From contig CM052817.1 of assembly GCA_028534125.1 (NCBI GenBank), forward strand, positions 86,244,001 to 86,308,000: a stretch of DNA of 64,000 bases, written 5' to 3'. Source of the stretch: Lama glama (lineage: Eukaryota). The notes beneath the pieces are model-generated. The model had not been told where the DNA came from. It ran no database searches and was given only the letters and a program-made list of their open reading frames with translations. Numbering within the stretch: the first letter of the stretch is position 1; each line of letters opens with the position of its first letter. Position numbers and translations under genes: made by a program. Below are positions 12,381-25,704 of this stretch, one piece after another.

Positions 12381-13794
12381 CACAAAAAATTAATGTCAGA
12401 TTTAATCTTATGATGAATAAAATGCAAGGTGAATAATTTTAAATTAAAAAAATTGCTTATTTAGAATAAAGTTAATTTTATTAAACACATAATGCAATGA
12501 TTGGTAGTTACTGCTGGACATAAAATTGTGGGGTTTTTTTATGTTTTTTCTTATATATCTATATATAGTTATCAAATCTGTAATTATTTAGTTTTTACTT
12601 TTTGCATTTTATTTTAGATAATAATCTAACGCGTATTGTTTAATTTTATATAAATATCAAGACATATTTCAATGAATTCATCTATATATTTAAATATAAG
12701 ATTGTAAGTATTTATTCATAGAACACCATGAATTTTATAAAACTGGATGGAACACATACCTGTACGTTTATATATTAAAAATAACCTTAAATAGTACAGA
12801 AATAATGTAAATTTTGAGAAATCTATTTTATTTGTGATCAATAAGTTGATAAATACATTGTCATTACATTTGTCAGTGTGACTGACAGCTGTTGTTTTAA
12901 TATATTTGGGAAATTGAATACCCCTATTTGACAATGCATTTTGATCTAAATATCTATGTCGCTGACTTCACAAATACTAGCATGATCAAATGGATTAAAC
13001 TGAACTTAGTCTTTGTGTCTACTTTTCTGTACCTTTCACTTTTTACAGAAATTACTAATATATTTTTCTCAAATCATCTCTGTAGAATCTGTTGATAAGA
13101 AAATTTACCAAATGACATTTATCAGAACTTTTCAGATAGATAAAGATTTATTTACCACTCATTTCACAAAAGAATTTAATAAGGAAATTGCTATCCATAC
13201 CGAGATATACTGGAATTCAAACAAAAGAGACTTCCATGAAAATAACACCACTGTTATTGAAATGTGAAGTCCATTAAGTTTTGACAACTTCTCAGCTATT
13301 AATTTTCTAGAGTAATAGAGTAATTTGCTTTTATGTGCTGCTGTTTTAGAGGGGCAAAAGACTAACATTTTTTGAGAAAATTTGTAAGAAATATTCTAAG
13401 TGAAGTGTTTTAATTTTGACTTATAAGTCATTTTGCCCTTATATAGCAGAATGCTATTAACATAGCATTCTTTCAGTTATTACCAGCTGATATTTAAAAT
13501 TCTCCAAAATGTTCATGGTAGCTCTGAGTCTTTTCCTTACCTCACTACTTGAACTTTAAAGGCGTTGTAATCATATCGTTAACCAATGAGTCTTCAGGGA
13601 GTAAATTCACATTATACAAATGTTTCCATGCCTACCAGAAATACTCAACATATCAGGAATTTAGATCTTAGAAAATGGATTGTCTCTTAGGAAAACTGGT
13701 TTGCTGGGAGAAATTATTGAACTGTATTTTTTTTAGTTTAAATAAATTGAATAAATTTATTTTAAACTATGGCATATTCTTGAAAACAGTGAAA

Positions 13795-15195
13795 GAAAAA
13801 TAAATCAATTGAAATATATTCCTTGTTTATGATCGAAGCACAGAGTATTATTCAATGTCAATTCTTAAATTGATTTAAAGATCCAGTGCAATCCCAATAA
13901 AAATCTCAGCAAGTTATTTGGTAGATATCAACAAGCTAATTTTAAATACTGAGTGGTCCAGACAATACTGATAAAGAACAAATTGATGAACTCACATGTC
14001 CCAATATCATCATTTATCATAAAGCTAGAAGAATCAAGAAAGCGTGATATTTTAAAAATGAATAGACACATAAACGGAGTAGAATAGAGTCCACAGGTTT
14101 GATTTTGACTTAAAAGTCATTTTGACTTATGATTTTGATTTACAAGTCCACATAGACCTGTGCAAATACAGACAACTTAACCTTGGTCAAAAGAATAAAG
14201 GCACATCAATGCAGAATAGATATACTTTTAGTCTTTATTCTTCGAGTCTTTAGTCATCAGCAACAAATGATGAGGGTACAAATGGATGACCAAAAGGAAG
14301 TAAATAAATGAAGACACAAACTTTGCACCTTAGACATAAATTCCCTCAAAAACATTTGTTGCCTTAAATATAAAATGCAAAACTATAAAAATTACAGTGG
14401 GAAATTTAGGAGAAAATCTACTTGAGTTAAAAGTTGATGATTAGTTTTCACATACAATACAAAATTGCAATCCATGAAAAAAATGGTAATATGGACTTTA
14501 TTAAAATTTAAACTGTCTATGCTGTGAAAGACAGTGTTTAAAAAATGGAAAGAACAGTCCTTGACTAGGAAAATAAATTTTCAAAACACACATCTGAAGA
14601 AAGATTTGCATGTAGAATATTCAAAGAACTAGTAAAACTCCACAATAAGAAAATAAACTCTCCAAATTAAAAAAAATGAAATAGGGCAATATGACCTTAC
14701 TAAATTTTACCTATATATAAATACACATACATATATCTATGTATATATCCACATATATGTATATATCCACACATATGTACATAAATTTATATACATGAAA
14801 TAAGCATGTATAAATTGCTCAACATTGGGAATTACTGGAGAGCAATATGCTTTGTACATCTGGGAAAAGCAAATTAAAATACTGAAGGAGATAACCCTGC
14901 CAGTCTAGTAGAATAGCACCAAAAACTGACCGTACCGATTAATTGCTGGTGGGGATGTGGGACAACAGGAAATCTTATTCATTGCTGATTGGGCTTCATG
15001 TGTTACAACCTCTTGAGAAGACATCTTGCCAGATTCATAGTGTCACCATAGGTGCAGCCTTGTGCTGCAGTGTACTTACACAACTAGTGTGAAAACATAC
15101 ACACACACACACACAAAGAACATACAGATAAGTTAAATTTACTAACACTGGGTGAAACCTAGAAGGAAACAAGATATTCTTCAATAGGTGAATGA
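13795..15195 (+). mobile_element. Old L1 ORF2 3' half (L1MC/MD-type)
   Basis: gcaatcccaataaaaatctcagcaagttatttggtagatatcaacaagctaatt...; ggactttattaaaatttaaact; degenerate, with many stops. Confidence 0.8.
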
Positions 15196-16164
15196 CAGTC
15201 AAGTGAGGCACAGATGGGCTACAGGCACAGGGTCAGACAACAGAGGAATTCCAACAGGGACTAGAGGAACAGTGTATGAAAACACTGGTTGCCTAGATAA
15301 ACTAGAGGCACATAAAATGTGGACAGACAGGGTGAAGTACAGAGAATAAACACACTCTCAAGGGATGCAAAAAAAAACTGATTTACTTTGCTCAGTTTAT
15401 TAGGTTAACAGATAAGCATTTCTGTTTATATCTTTGGTTCTTGGCTGTGAATAGTAGTACATCAATTAAGATTGAGGATTCTCCATGGTAAATTAATATT
15501 TAGTACCTTGTTTTCATATTTCTGTTAATTGATATTTCTGTTAATTTCTAATAATTATTATTATTAATTAGCAACTTAGAATACCCCCAAATGATGGATT
15601 ATTTATAAATTTTAGAATACTCTCCATAACAGGCTCAAAGTAGAATCACAGTGAAACTGCTGTTTTAAAAAATTAAAATTTACTGACACATGACTATGTT
15701 AAACTTATATTTTGTGTCAAGTATTATCCTAAATGCTCATAACTGTAAAAAGATCTCTGCTTTTATGTCAATAGGCTAATGAAAGAAGTATTTTAATACT
15801 ATGGAAAAAGTGGTACTATAAATCACAATATACTTAAACATAAAATTACAAAATCATTTGAGATTCTATTAAATATGTGATGTCATGACACTGTTCAATA
15901 GTGGACCAATAGTAGGGAATGAAATCTTCCCCCACACGTACAAAGAATGTTTTGTCTCCCTTCTTATTATCAGAGTCTGTAAATACCAAAGACAACACTC
16001 ACCTAGATGATTCAAGATGAGACACTAGAAATGTACAAATTACAGCCATTGCTATTAAGTAGGTAATCAGAGTACTGAGAACTTACAGGTCCTATGAAGA
16101 ACACTAAAAATTATACACAGTTTGCTCTAAATCAGTCAGGAAGCAATAGCTGTGTTTGCTGTTA

Positions 16165-16340
16165 TTTTGATCATCTCCCATATGCCATGCTTTGTGCTAG
16201 ATTATTTAACTGGATTGTTTCATTTGACCCTTTTAAAAACCTCAAGGTCAGATTTGCCCAGTGTATAGGTCAGATAATTTAAAAAACCATGCAGTGTTAG
16301 GCAGAACACCTGAGATTTACCTGTGACTCTAAACAGAGGG
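16165..16340 (-). mobile_element. MIR fragment
   Basis: tatgccatgctttgtgctag...tcatttgaccctt...atttgcccagtg...tgtgactctaaa. Confidence 0.5.
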
Positions 16341-16469
16341 CCTGAAATAATAAGTAGACATTATTACTATAGTGCAGTCAAAAAAAACAGTTACTAGAGG
16401 ATCCAAGAAGATTAACTACACCATGCACCTCTTTTACAGCGTAATATTAGGAAATAAATTTGGAGAAAC

Positions 16470-18150
16470 TTCCCCAGTATAAAAAAATTTTGGTTAATAT
16501 AGATAGTTTTTTTAAATGGATAATACAGGATTAATTTAAGGAAAATCTTCAAAAAAATAGAAGAAACAAAATATACAAATGCAGACAGTTAAGTCAGCAA
16601 TGAAGATAGCCTTTGTTAAGGAAACATCTGCTTGAACTTCAATGCTACAAAACCTAGAGAAAAAAAACGGGATATCAGAGCAAAAACTCCTGAATAAAGC
16701 TGATATACCAGTTAGATATACTTAAAATATGCATCCTGCACATACACACACACTGTGTAGGTGAATATTGGTATAATTTGTCTGACTCAGTCTGGTCCCT
16801 AAGTCAAGGATAAAGAAAAAGGGAAGGAATGAGGGAGAAAGGGAAGAAGGAAGGTAAAGAAAAATGAAAACAGGAAAGAGTGAGAAGGGGAGTGGGAGAG
16901 AGAGGGGGAGGCATAAATGTCCTATCAATATCTTTTTCCAAGCATGTTTAAAAAATCTGATGAAATAAATTCCCAGAAAGAAAAAAAAGGTCAAAACTAA
17001 CCCACAATGGGTAGAGGACAAGGAGTGGAATGATCTTAAAACCATTAAAGCAATGGAAGAAACAGATTATAAATTTCTGTAAAGAAAACCCCAGGTGAGA
17101 GAAGATTCAAGGAAAATAATTTGTCAGGGAGGGGCAATTTCCTCCTCTGTTCCTATTGAGTTCTTGTGCTGGGCTAATAAAATTGACACAAGAAATACAT
17201 TTTAATTCATCCTCATGGAGGGCTCATAGAAATGGGACCTAAGAAGTGGCCAAAGCAAGCAGTTTTTATACTTCTCAGACAAAGAGACAGTACCTTTGTA
17301 AAGACAAAAAAAAAAAAAAAAAGTACGTTTTAAATGCTTACTTAGTGGAGAATTTAAAGGGTTTGGGCTTGGGGTAGTAAATTAAAGAGGTAACAATGTT
17401 TGTTTATGTAGGCCTCTTGGCCTGAATTCCTTATCCCTGGCAGTAAGTGTGTCCTTCTACCTCCAGATGCAGGGAGTGCACCTTTAACGTGAGAGATTTA
17501 TTTCCTGCCTTCAGGGAGACAGAAAGGAGGTCAGAGAGTCCCTCTTGCATCAGCATTTGTTAAGTAACTTTAATTCAATTAATCAATATGCCATTGAGGC
17601 ACATTTTGGGGCACCCTTCTCCAGGCCCAAGCAAATTCGAATCCTTTCAAGCTCATAGAGTGAAAGAATAAGAGGCTAGAATAATCTTGATACCTATCCC
17701 AGACAATGACAACATAAGAAAGGAAATTATAGTCTGATCTCATCTGTGAATAGAAATGTAGAATTCTTCACCAAATGATTTAAAAATCAATGCCACAATG
17801 TATGTAAAATTATAATATGGCATAAGCAAGTTGGATTTTTAAGACTATAATATTGTTTCAATTTAGTAATTGTTATTATCTAATTACCAGATGAAAGAAA
17901 ATAAAGAAGGAACAGATAAAAGAAGAATCTTACATTTATCCCAGTAAATACACTGCACTTCAATACCTACTAATACTAAATCTTATTTATAAAGTAGGGG
18001 GTAAAAACTTTCATCAACTGATAAACATATCAGTTGTAAAACATTCAAGTATTGCTTTTAAAATAAGAAAGAGTGTAGCAAACTCTCAGCAATCCTATAA
18101 AGTAATGTGCCAGTTCTTGTGACCAGTATAACATGGCCAGATAAATGAAC
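16470..18150 (+). mobile_element. Very old L1 ORF2 relics, interrupted by the LTR at 17122-17633
   Basis: tcttgatacctatcccagacaatgacaacataagaaaggaaattatagtctgatctcatctgtgaataga resembles the LIPKPDKD..KKENYRPISLMN region. Confidence 0.5.
17122..17633 (-). mobile_element. ERV1 solo LTR, MER34-like
   Basis: TG...CA termini, exact TSD AATT (17118-17121 / 17634-17637); minus strand begins ...gccccaaaatgtgcctcaatggcatattgatta like MER34; homologous to 49316-49796. Confidence 0.88.
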
Positions 18151-20434
18151 AATATTTAAAAGGACTGGAGAATAGGAAACCATGTTATAGATTATCGGAT
18201 AAACCATAGATTATCAAAGCAAAGAATGGCTCTCACTCTCAGGGTGTATACCATTCAAACACTAAAGTGCAGAAAGTTTTTCTAAAAATATATTTATATT
18301 AACATATTAAAAATGGTTTGCCCTTCTGATTCCTTTGCATTATCAGTAAAGATGTTCCTACTGATTCGTAATCTGAATTCTCACGTTTTAATGCAAAGAA
18401 TTATACACTTAAAAAGTATTACAGAATGTCTAATTTGATAGATTATATCAAACACACCCACATCATACCATGAATATGTTCTGCAAAAGAATTCACACAA
18501 AAATCAAATGAATTTGATGAAATCATGATACAGTCCAAAAGTATTCAGATCGATATAACAGCATTTCTATTTACAGGAAACAGTATTGATTTGTTTCCTC
18601 AAGCCTCAATTGTTTAAAAACAAGTTTGATTAACTGTCTTGTTCACTGAATGATCTCTTAAATGTCAGGTTTATATATGGCCACTACTGTTGTCATTTTG
18701 GATTCAAACATTTCCTTTGCCATTTCAGACAAGCCCTAGGTGGTCTAGTTCACAAATCCAATTCATGAGCATTTTTGTGAGGAGAAACAGAGAAGACTGT
18801 GCATTTATTAATCATTTGTTTATTTTCTTTGAAATATTTTTAGTTCTAATTTATTTTAATACATGTTGAAATGCATATCTACTTTGTGAGTTCCTTTGTT
18901 TGTAGATTTCTTACCACACTTGTGACTTTGTGTATGTTTGCATTCACGCTTGTATTTGGACTTAACCCAGACTTATCACATTCTCCTACATCCCTTTTTT
19001 TTTTTAATTAAGTAAACTGTTTATAGAGTGGATGGATCTGAATGCAGACCAAAGACAATCTGATGATGAAGAATTAATTAGAATAATATAGAAACTATTT
19101 TGATACTTTACAACTTCTGGTGTGAAACATAAAATATAATGTTAATAAATTTGCTTTAATGTGTATAGTCTGCAAATGAAGTGTTTTATCAGTAGGTGGG
19201 TATCTTTCAAATGAAAATGATTGTATATTTTGTTTACTTATTCTCTCAAATTATTGAGATACATTTTTTATGTGAGTATGATTTATTTTACTGTAGAATG
19301 AAGATCTTTTTTTCAATAAAAAGGACAGCACTGCCTCTTGAATGTTAAAATACTAGGATCTTTTCAGTTTCTTTTTTTCTTGATAGTAGCCTTCTCTACT
19401 TTTCCCTTTACTGAATAATCTATCACCTATTTTCTAAGATTGAATGTATAGTAATTTAAATAATAATTTACTATAATCTGAAATGTCCCTGAATATTTCA
19501 TCAATACCTTTGAAAGTTCAGAACTTTAAGAATAATTCTGTTTTTCTGATGTTACTTTTGTATTCTTTATGTGTTTTCATTTTTACTTCTGTTCCAATAA
19601 CTTATTACAAAGTTATGTGGGAATTTTTAAAGATTTCATTTCACTAGCATTTAATTATAGCAACGACTAAGACATAGAAGAAATGGTTCTAAATTAGAAA
19701 TCATATGAATGAGAAGCTTAATCTATATATCTAAATTACTTTGTAATTTTAGTAATTTTCATAAATATACAGAAATGTCATTTGTACTTCTTGTTCCAGT
19801 ATCACAATTTAAAAATTTATGTAATGGGAAAATAAATTAAGCATCATTGAAGTCAACATATGCCTACTGACAAGCAAAGAGACCAAGGGAAAGAAGTGTT
19901 ATTTGACTCACTTGATTGTTTTTCTTTCAGTTTTGAAAAAAAAAAATGTGAACTTAAAAATCTATGTAAATTTGAATTGTGTTATGAACAATTTTAGCCT
20001 CAGTTATTAATTTTCTGAATAGATGGATTTTTTTCCTCTTTTTCAAAAGAGATTGTTTTGTTTAATTTGGCTATAACTAACTAAAAGATAATCTCATACA
20101 TGTAAATACTTAAACATATATTTACATTTATTTTTTAGACCATGAAATCTCAGAAGCAAAGTTTACTGTTCTAAACTAAAATTCTTGATTCCAAATCGAA
20201 AGCTAAATGTTATTATAGTATGATGGTCCCAAGTGAAATCTCCTTTTTCCTAACACTTATTGCAGTTTCAAGGTAAATAATATTGAGTTTCCACAAATCA
20301 GTAAGAGAGCTTCTCTTTGTGAACATTTAGGTTCCAATGTCATGAAAAATCTAACGGCAGCAAGACTAAAGAATGCAGTAACCACTGATGTGAGTATGAC
20401 TTTATCCATAGGGGCAAGGAGCCTAGGATTGAGA

Positions 20435-20712
20435 TTGCTTTGTCAGATGGCATATGTGCATTTTAGTGCAATATAAGTTGCCAAATTGCTCCAAAGGGCC
20501 TGTGGCAATTTATTTTCCACCAGAAATATACCAGAGCACTGGAAGCAGGAAGTCGTAGGGTTAAGTCTAAGTTTTGCCTATGTGATGATTTTTCTTGTGA
20601 CATTCCCTTGTTATTTTCAATTATATTTCTCTTTCCCACCAATGAACCTGAACATATTTTCTTATAGAAGTTCAACATTTGGATTTGTTCTTCTGTAAAC
20701 TTCCCGTTGCAC
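20435..20712 (-). mobile_element. Old L1 ORF2 fragment
   Basis: ttgccaaattgctccaaagggcctgtggcaatttattttccaccag; ORF 20463..20714 (-) GKFTEEQIQMLNFYKKICSGSLV resembles FTKEDIQMANKHMKRCSTSL. Confidence 0.6.
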
Positions 20713-20714
20713 AA

Positions 20715-21070
20715 AGTGCCAGCTCTCTACCTCCCAGGCTTCCTTGGCTGCAGTGTCCACGTGGCTGAGTTCTAGAAACAAATATTAACTGAAGTGATGT
20801 ATGCTGTCCCTGGGCCTTATTACTAAGGCCCCATCAAGCACTTTTCCTTGTTCCTTCACTTTCTGTCTTAGTCGGGTGGTGGCACCTAGAGTAATTTGGT
20901 GTCAAAAATATTAGAACAATTTTAAGTCCCTGAGTGGCTAAAAAGAAGTTGTTACTCTGACCTGAAAACTCATCTAAGAAGTTATGAGAGAGAGACAGAC
21001 AGACAGTTATTCTGTAAGACACTGAATTTTCATTAATCTTTCCACAGCTTAGCCCACAGTAAGTAATAAC
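20715..21070 (+). mobile_element. Old MaLR LTR (MLT1J-like)
   Basis: tcccaggcttccttggctgc...gtggctgagttctag...gaagtgatgtatgc...gtccctgagtggct. Confidence 0.55.
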
Positions 21071-21639
21071 TAGCTATTCTATTCCTTTACTAATTTTCTT
21101 TGGAATTTCACACTTTGCATTGTTACTTTAAGATCTATATGAATACTACAAATATTATTTCTTTGTCATCTATTTAACAAATATTTTCTCAAATATATCC
21201 TTTCATCTGACAAATACTTAGCATTATTCTTTTAATATTTTTATTTTACTGTTATTTATTCCATTGCATCCTTGTTATTTTGGAAGATCTGCTATACTTG
21301 TTCCTTTTAGTAAATGTTGTTTTCCCTTTTCTTGCTCTCACAATTATATGCGTACTTTTGAAGAACTATGTGAAAATCCAAATGCCATCTATTACCTCAC
21401 TGACATAGTCCATTTCTCCAAACCCTCATCAGTACAACTTTAATTTCCCCATTTTCTCTTTCAATGCTTTCCTCTAAAATATCAAGGAACAAATTTGTTC
21501 CTTTCCTTCCCCTTCTTCAAAGTCTAGATTTTACAGAAATATTTTAGAATGTTAATTATACATTATTATAAATGTTTCTATTAAATAATTATAATGATTC
21601 ATCACTATGAACTATTAGGCAGCCATTAAAAATCAACTA

Positions 21640-21761
21640 GAGGGTGAAGTCTATAGCTCAGTGGTAGAGCACATGCTTAGCATGCACGAGGTCCTGGAGT
21701 TCAGTCCCCCAGTACCTCCGTTAATAAATAAATAAATCTAATTACCCACCCCCAACAAAAG
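21640..21761 (+). mobile_element. tRNA-derived SINE, camelid Vic-1 type
   Basis: A-box tagctcagtggtagagc, B-box-like gagttcagtcc, tail aataaataaataaatctaattacccacccccaacaaaa; 12-bp TSD aaaaatcaacta / aaaaatcagtta (21628-21639 / 21762-21773). Confidence 0.92.
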
Positions 21762-23084
21762 AAAAATCAGTTATTCACCTTCTCTTAAGTGGATTTCCAC
21801 GAGTTACTGATGAATGACAAAGTGATTTAAAATATGTATATATGATGATGGCAAAAGGTGTAAAGTAATTCATACCTCTACATACAGATACAAATGTTAG
21901 AAGTATAGAAAGAATATCAAAATGTACATGTTAGGCTGTTAAGATTGTTTACCTGGGCTCTAGGGATTTATGGGTGGGGAATGAAGAAAAGAGTGGAGGC
22001 AAGCCAGGTACATCAGGAAAGAAGACCACCACTTAAAATGACAACAACAAAAAGTGTATGGCAGGTGTCCTTAGAAGATGAGGTGAGATGACAGAGAAGT
22101 CCTGGAGCACCTTTGTATCTATTTCCATTTCCTAATCATATTTTATTTCTGAACTCCAGCATAACATCAAAATCAGCATTATATTCTCATATTGGTTTTG
22201 ATTTCAAGAACAAATTGTTTTTGTCATAAAGACCCAGAACAGTTCAATCTTATTTAATTAGTATACAATAATTATTCTACTTATTTATACTAATTTATTA
22301 AAGCATTCAGAGTTTCAAAAGGATTCTTAAAATATTTTACTACAATCATAACCTAAGATAAACTTAAGTTTTTTTTCAAATCCTATTTTTATGTAGCATA
22401 TTTGGATATTTACCTCTATTTTCCTGACAGTATAAAATGATTTTTATTCCCTTCTCCCAGTCTGCTTAATTTATACATGTAATCATTAAACAAAAGACCA
22501 AACTACTTTCGCTTCTATTTTGTTATTTTTTCCAGTAAACCACTTTATTATAATTTGAATATGAAGGAGATCAGCTGTATCTCTTGAATATAGTTATTTC
22601 TCATAAGACACTTAGGAGAAGCAGAAATCTATATAGACAAATATAAAATCCAAGTATTCATTAAGTAAAATAGCTGAGATTTGCAATAATTGTTCAATGC
22701 TAGGGAGCGTGGGTTTTGGGAAATTGGCAAATGTTGGCAAGAGTTGTAAGGGAAAGAAAACCTCTTAAATATTGTTATTTTTCAATGTCTTGCATAGTTT
22801 ACTGTATCTCTATTTTATGTCTCAATATAAAATGTAATGATACGTAATTATGTCTCAGCACTTCTGGATATAAATAAATAAAGTGTTAACACATAAGATG
22901 AGTACACATATACAAAAGGGAACAGATATAAGAGTTGGAACTACAGCACTGTACATAATAATGAAAACAATGTTAAACCATATTGCTAAGAAGTAACTTT
23001 TGAAATTAATTCAGTATAGTTATATGATAGAATATATAATTATCTCCAGTGTTTTTCTGAAGTGGGTTTCATGGGAAGTTTCAA

Positions 23085-23530
23085 CAGCAGGTTTATCTTA
23101 AAGCTAAGGAAACTAAACCTTTAGAACTCCTCATATTTGACTCATTCTTCTCAAGCTCGTATGATTTTTGCAAAATTTACTATGCAAGATGTTTTAAGTA
23201 AAAATAATAAAGACTGCTGCGTCTTCCCATTCCAACTTGCTTTCAGTCAGCTATCCTCCTGTCGGGTAATCTGGCCCAGCCTACAGCACTTTTAGGATGC
23301 AGCTAGTCGGAAGTTGAATGGGGACACATTCAGTTTGGTTTTACTGAGGCCAGTGTGTTTGATTTAGCTATTATCAAGTAAAATTTAAGATGTCACCAGG
23401 AATCAAGATTCTTGCTACTGCTCACTCCGTAGATTCACCTGTGTCATAACACAAAGGCGCAGAGCCAGGGATTGTTTTAAGATACAACCAAGTCCCACTG
23501 TGTTTGATACCAGAAAGGTGTGGTGAGTAG
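23085..23530. mobile_element. hAT-Tip100 relic, Zaphod/MER115-like
   Basis: gtttatcttaaagctaaggaaactaa...tttttgcaaaattt...ggaagttgaatggggacacattcagtttgg...cacaaaggcgcagagccag. Confidence 0.65.
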
Positions 23531-23539
23531 ATATATACT

Positions 23540-23990
23540 GGCTGCTTTTAAGCCTGGCTCCCCTTTGCCCTGGTTCTTATTCCTGTGGTGATGCCATGAG
23601 AACCAGATGTCTTCTTGTATCTAAGGGGGTTTTTTAGAAGCAAGGAAGACTGGGGAAAATAAGGGGGCATTTATGTGGAAGAGTGACCAGCTGCTCTGAT
23701 GTGCTCTGAGAGTGTCTCCATGGTAACATAATAGGAAAAATCCTGAGTTCTTACCTCAGTCCTTCAGAATTCTAACAAATCTCTCCAGGAGAAGACCAAA
23801 GCTAGAGTTTCCAGCTGTACAACCCCTGGAGTGTCTCTACTGAGTCCCATTCTCTCTTGAAATATAAATGCATATCCCTGGGGACGAAGTCCCTGATGAT
23901 GGTCTCTAACCATCTTATCTCTTGGAATTAACTTCAGGGATTGTTCTTTTAGCCCAGACCCAAAGTTTTGGTGAAATTTGCTCAAAAATC
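23540..23990. mobile_element. Probable old ERV LTR fragment (family not recognised)
   Basis: GC-richer island with LTR-like composition lying between recognised repeats; no TSD seen. Confidence 0.3.
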
Positions 23991-24172
23991 TCTTGACTAT
24001 GCATAAAAAAACATTTTATTTACAATAGACATGCAAATCATTAAGACAAAGGAAGACTAACTAACCCAAAATAACCTTGTAACCGAAGGTTTCAAACAAT
24101 GCTGATTGAGTATAAATTGCTGAGATTACTCTGGAAAGAATTTGACCCTATCTACTAAAACTAAACATACGC

Positions 24173-25568
24173 TGTCTTAGTTCATTTGGGCTGCTATAAC
24201 AAAATACTACAGAAGGATAGCTTATGAACAGATATTTATTTCTCACAGTTCTGAAGGCTGGGAAATCCAAGATTATGGTGCCAGAAGATCCCATTTGGTG
24301 GCTGGTGAGGATCCACTTCCTGGTTCAAAAATGGTGCCTTCTTGCTGTGTCCCTACATGACGGAAGGAAGCTAAGGAGCTATGTGGAGTCTTGTACAGGA
24401 ACACTAATCCTGTACAGGAGGGCTTCGCATTCAAGACCTAAGCACCCTTCAAAGGCTCTACCTCCTAGTACCATCACATTGGGCATTAGGATTTTAACAT
24501 ATGAATGGAGAGGATCACAAATATTTAGCCATAACATTCTGCCCCTTGTTTCCCCAAATTTATGTCTTATCCCATGTAAAATATATTCATTCCATCCCAA
24601 CAGCCCCCAAAGTCTTAACTAGTTCCAACATCAACTCAAAAGTTTAAGTCCAAAGTCTGATCTAAAAATCATCTAAAACAATATGGATGAGTTGATTCAT
24701 CCTTAGACAGATTGCTCTCCACCTGTGAACCTGCGAAATCTGAGATATGATATACTTCGAAAGTACTATTATGGGACAGTCATAGAATAAACACTCCCAT
24801 CCCAAAAGGAAGAAATAGGAAATGAAAAATGGAGAACAGGCCCCAAGCAAATCCAAAACTAGGACCCATGGGGGTGGGGTTGGGCCCCAAGGCTCCACGC
24901 AGTCCCATCCCCATTGCTTTGCTGGGTGAAGCCTACACCAATGCTCACTTGAGCAGAAATCGCAAGCAGGTGGCTCTGCAGATCTCATAGCTTGGGATGC
25001 CTTAAAATGGGCACTTTCTGCAGTGATCCCACCTCAGTGGCTCCCTGGCTAGATCTAGTCTGATAATCCATTCTTCAAGATCTAAGCGGAGGAAGCCACA
25101 CCTGCTGTGCTTTGCTGGATTCAGAGCTCGCCACACCAGGGCCCACAAACCTGGACCTTGGGCAGCTAAAGATCACAGCACTGGAATTCAGCCATATTCT
25201 TTGCTATTTTATAACAAGAATCATTTTTCCTTTAGTTTCCAATAACGTATCTCTCATTTCCATCTGAGACCTCATCACAGTGATCGCTACCATTCATATT
25301 CCTACCAGCATTCTGTTCCAGACTACTTAGATATTCTCTAAGAAGATTGAGGCTTTCTCTACAGCTCTTTTCTTCTTCTGAGCCATTATGAGAATCACCC
25401 TTAACAGTTCATTCACTGCAATGTAGGCTTTTTCTAGCATATATCTCCAAATTTTTTCACCCCTTACCATTACCCAGGTTCAAAGCCACTTCCACATGTT
25501 TAGGCATGTCTTACAGCAGTTTCTCTACTTCTACATTTTGGGAGAACATAAACAATCAGACTATAGTA
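24173..25568 (-). mobile_element. MaLR provirus remnant: MLT1A-like LTR (24173-24536), MaLR internal region, and a stub of the second LTR (~25535-25568)
   Basis: tgtcttagttcatttgggctgctataacaaaatac LTR end; antisense polypurine tract ttctgcccc at 24537; internal motifs cccaaagtcttaact and caaagccacttccacatgtttaggc; stub ttttgggagaacataaacaatcagactatagta. Confidence 0.9.
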
Positions 25569-25704
25569 AGCACATACCCTGTGATCCAGTAATTCCATTC
25601 CTATAAATTTTATATAATTTATAAATTTGTAATTTTAATTTCTAAAAGTTTTCATATCTTCTGTTGCCCTTACATAGTTATAGTTATAAACTAGTATATA
25701 CAGT

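Noticed and set aside
21640..21720. tRNA gene (Ala/Cys-like cloverleaf start)
   Set aside because: Imperfect acceptor stem, SINE-specific tail and TSD identify it as a tRNA-derived SINE
24224..24988. 132-aa and 108-aa ORFs
   Set aside because: Chance frames across the MaLR LTR and internal sequence
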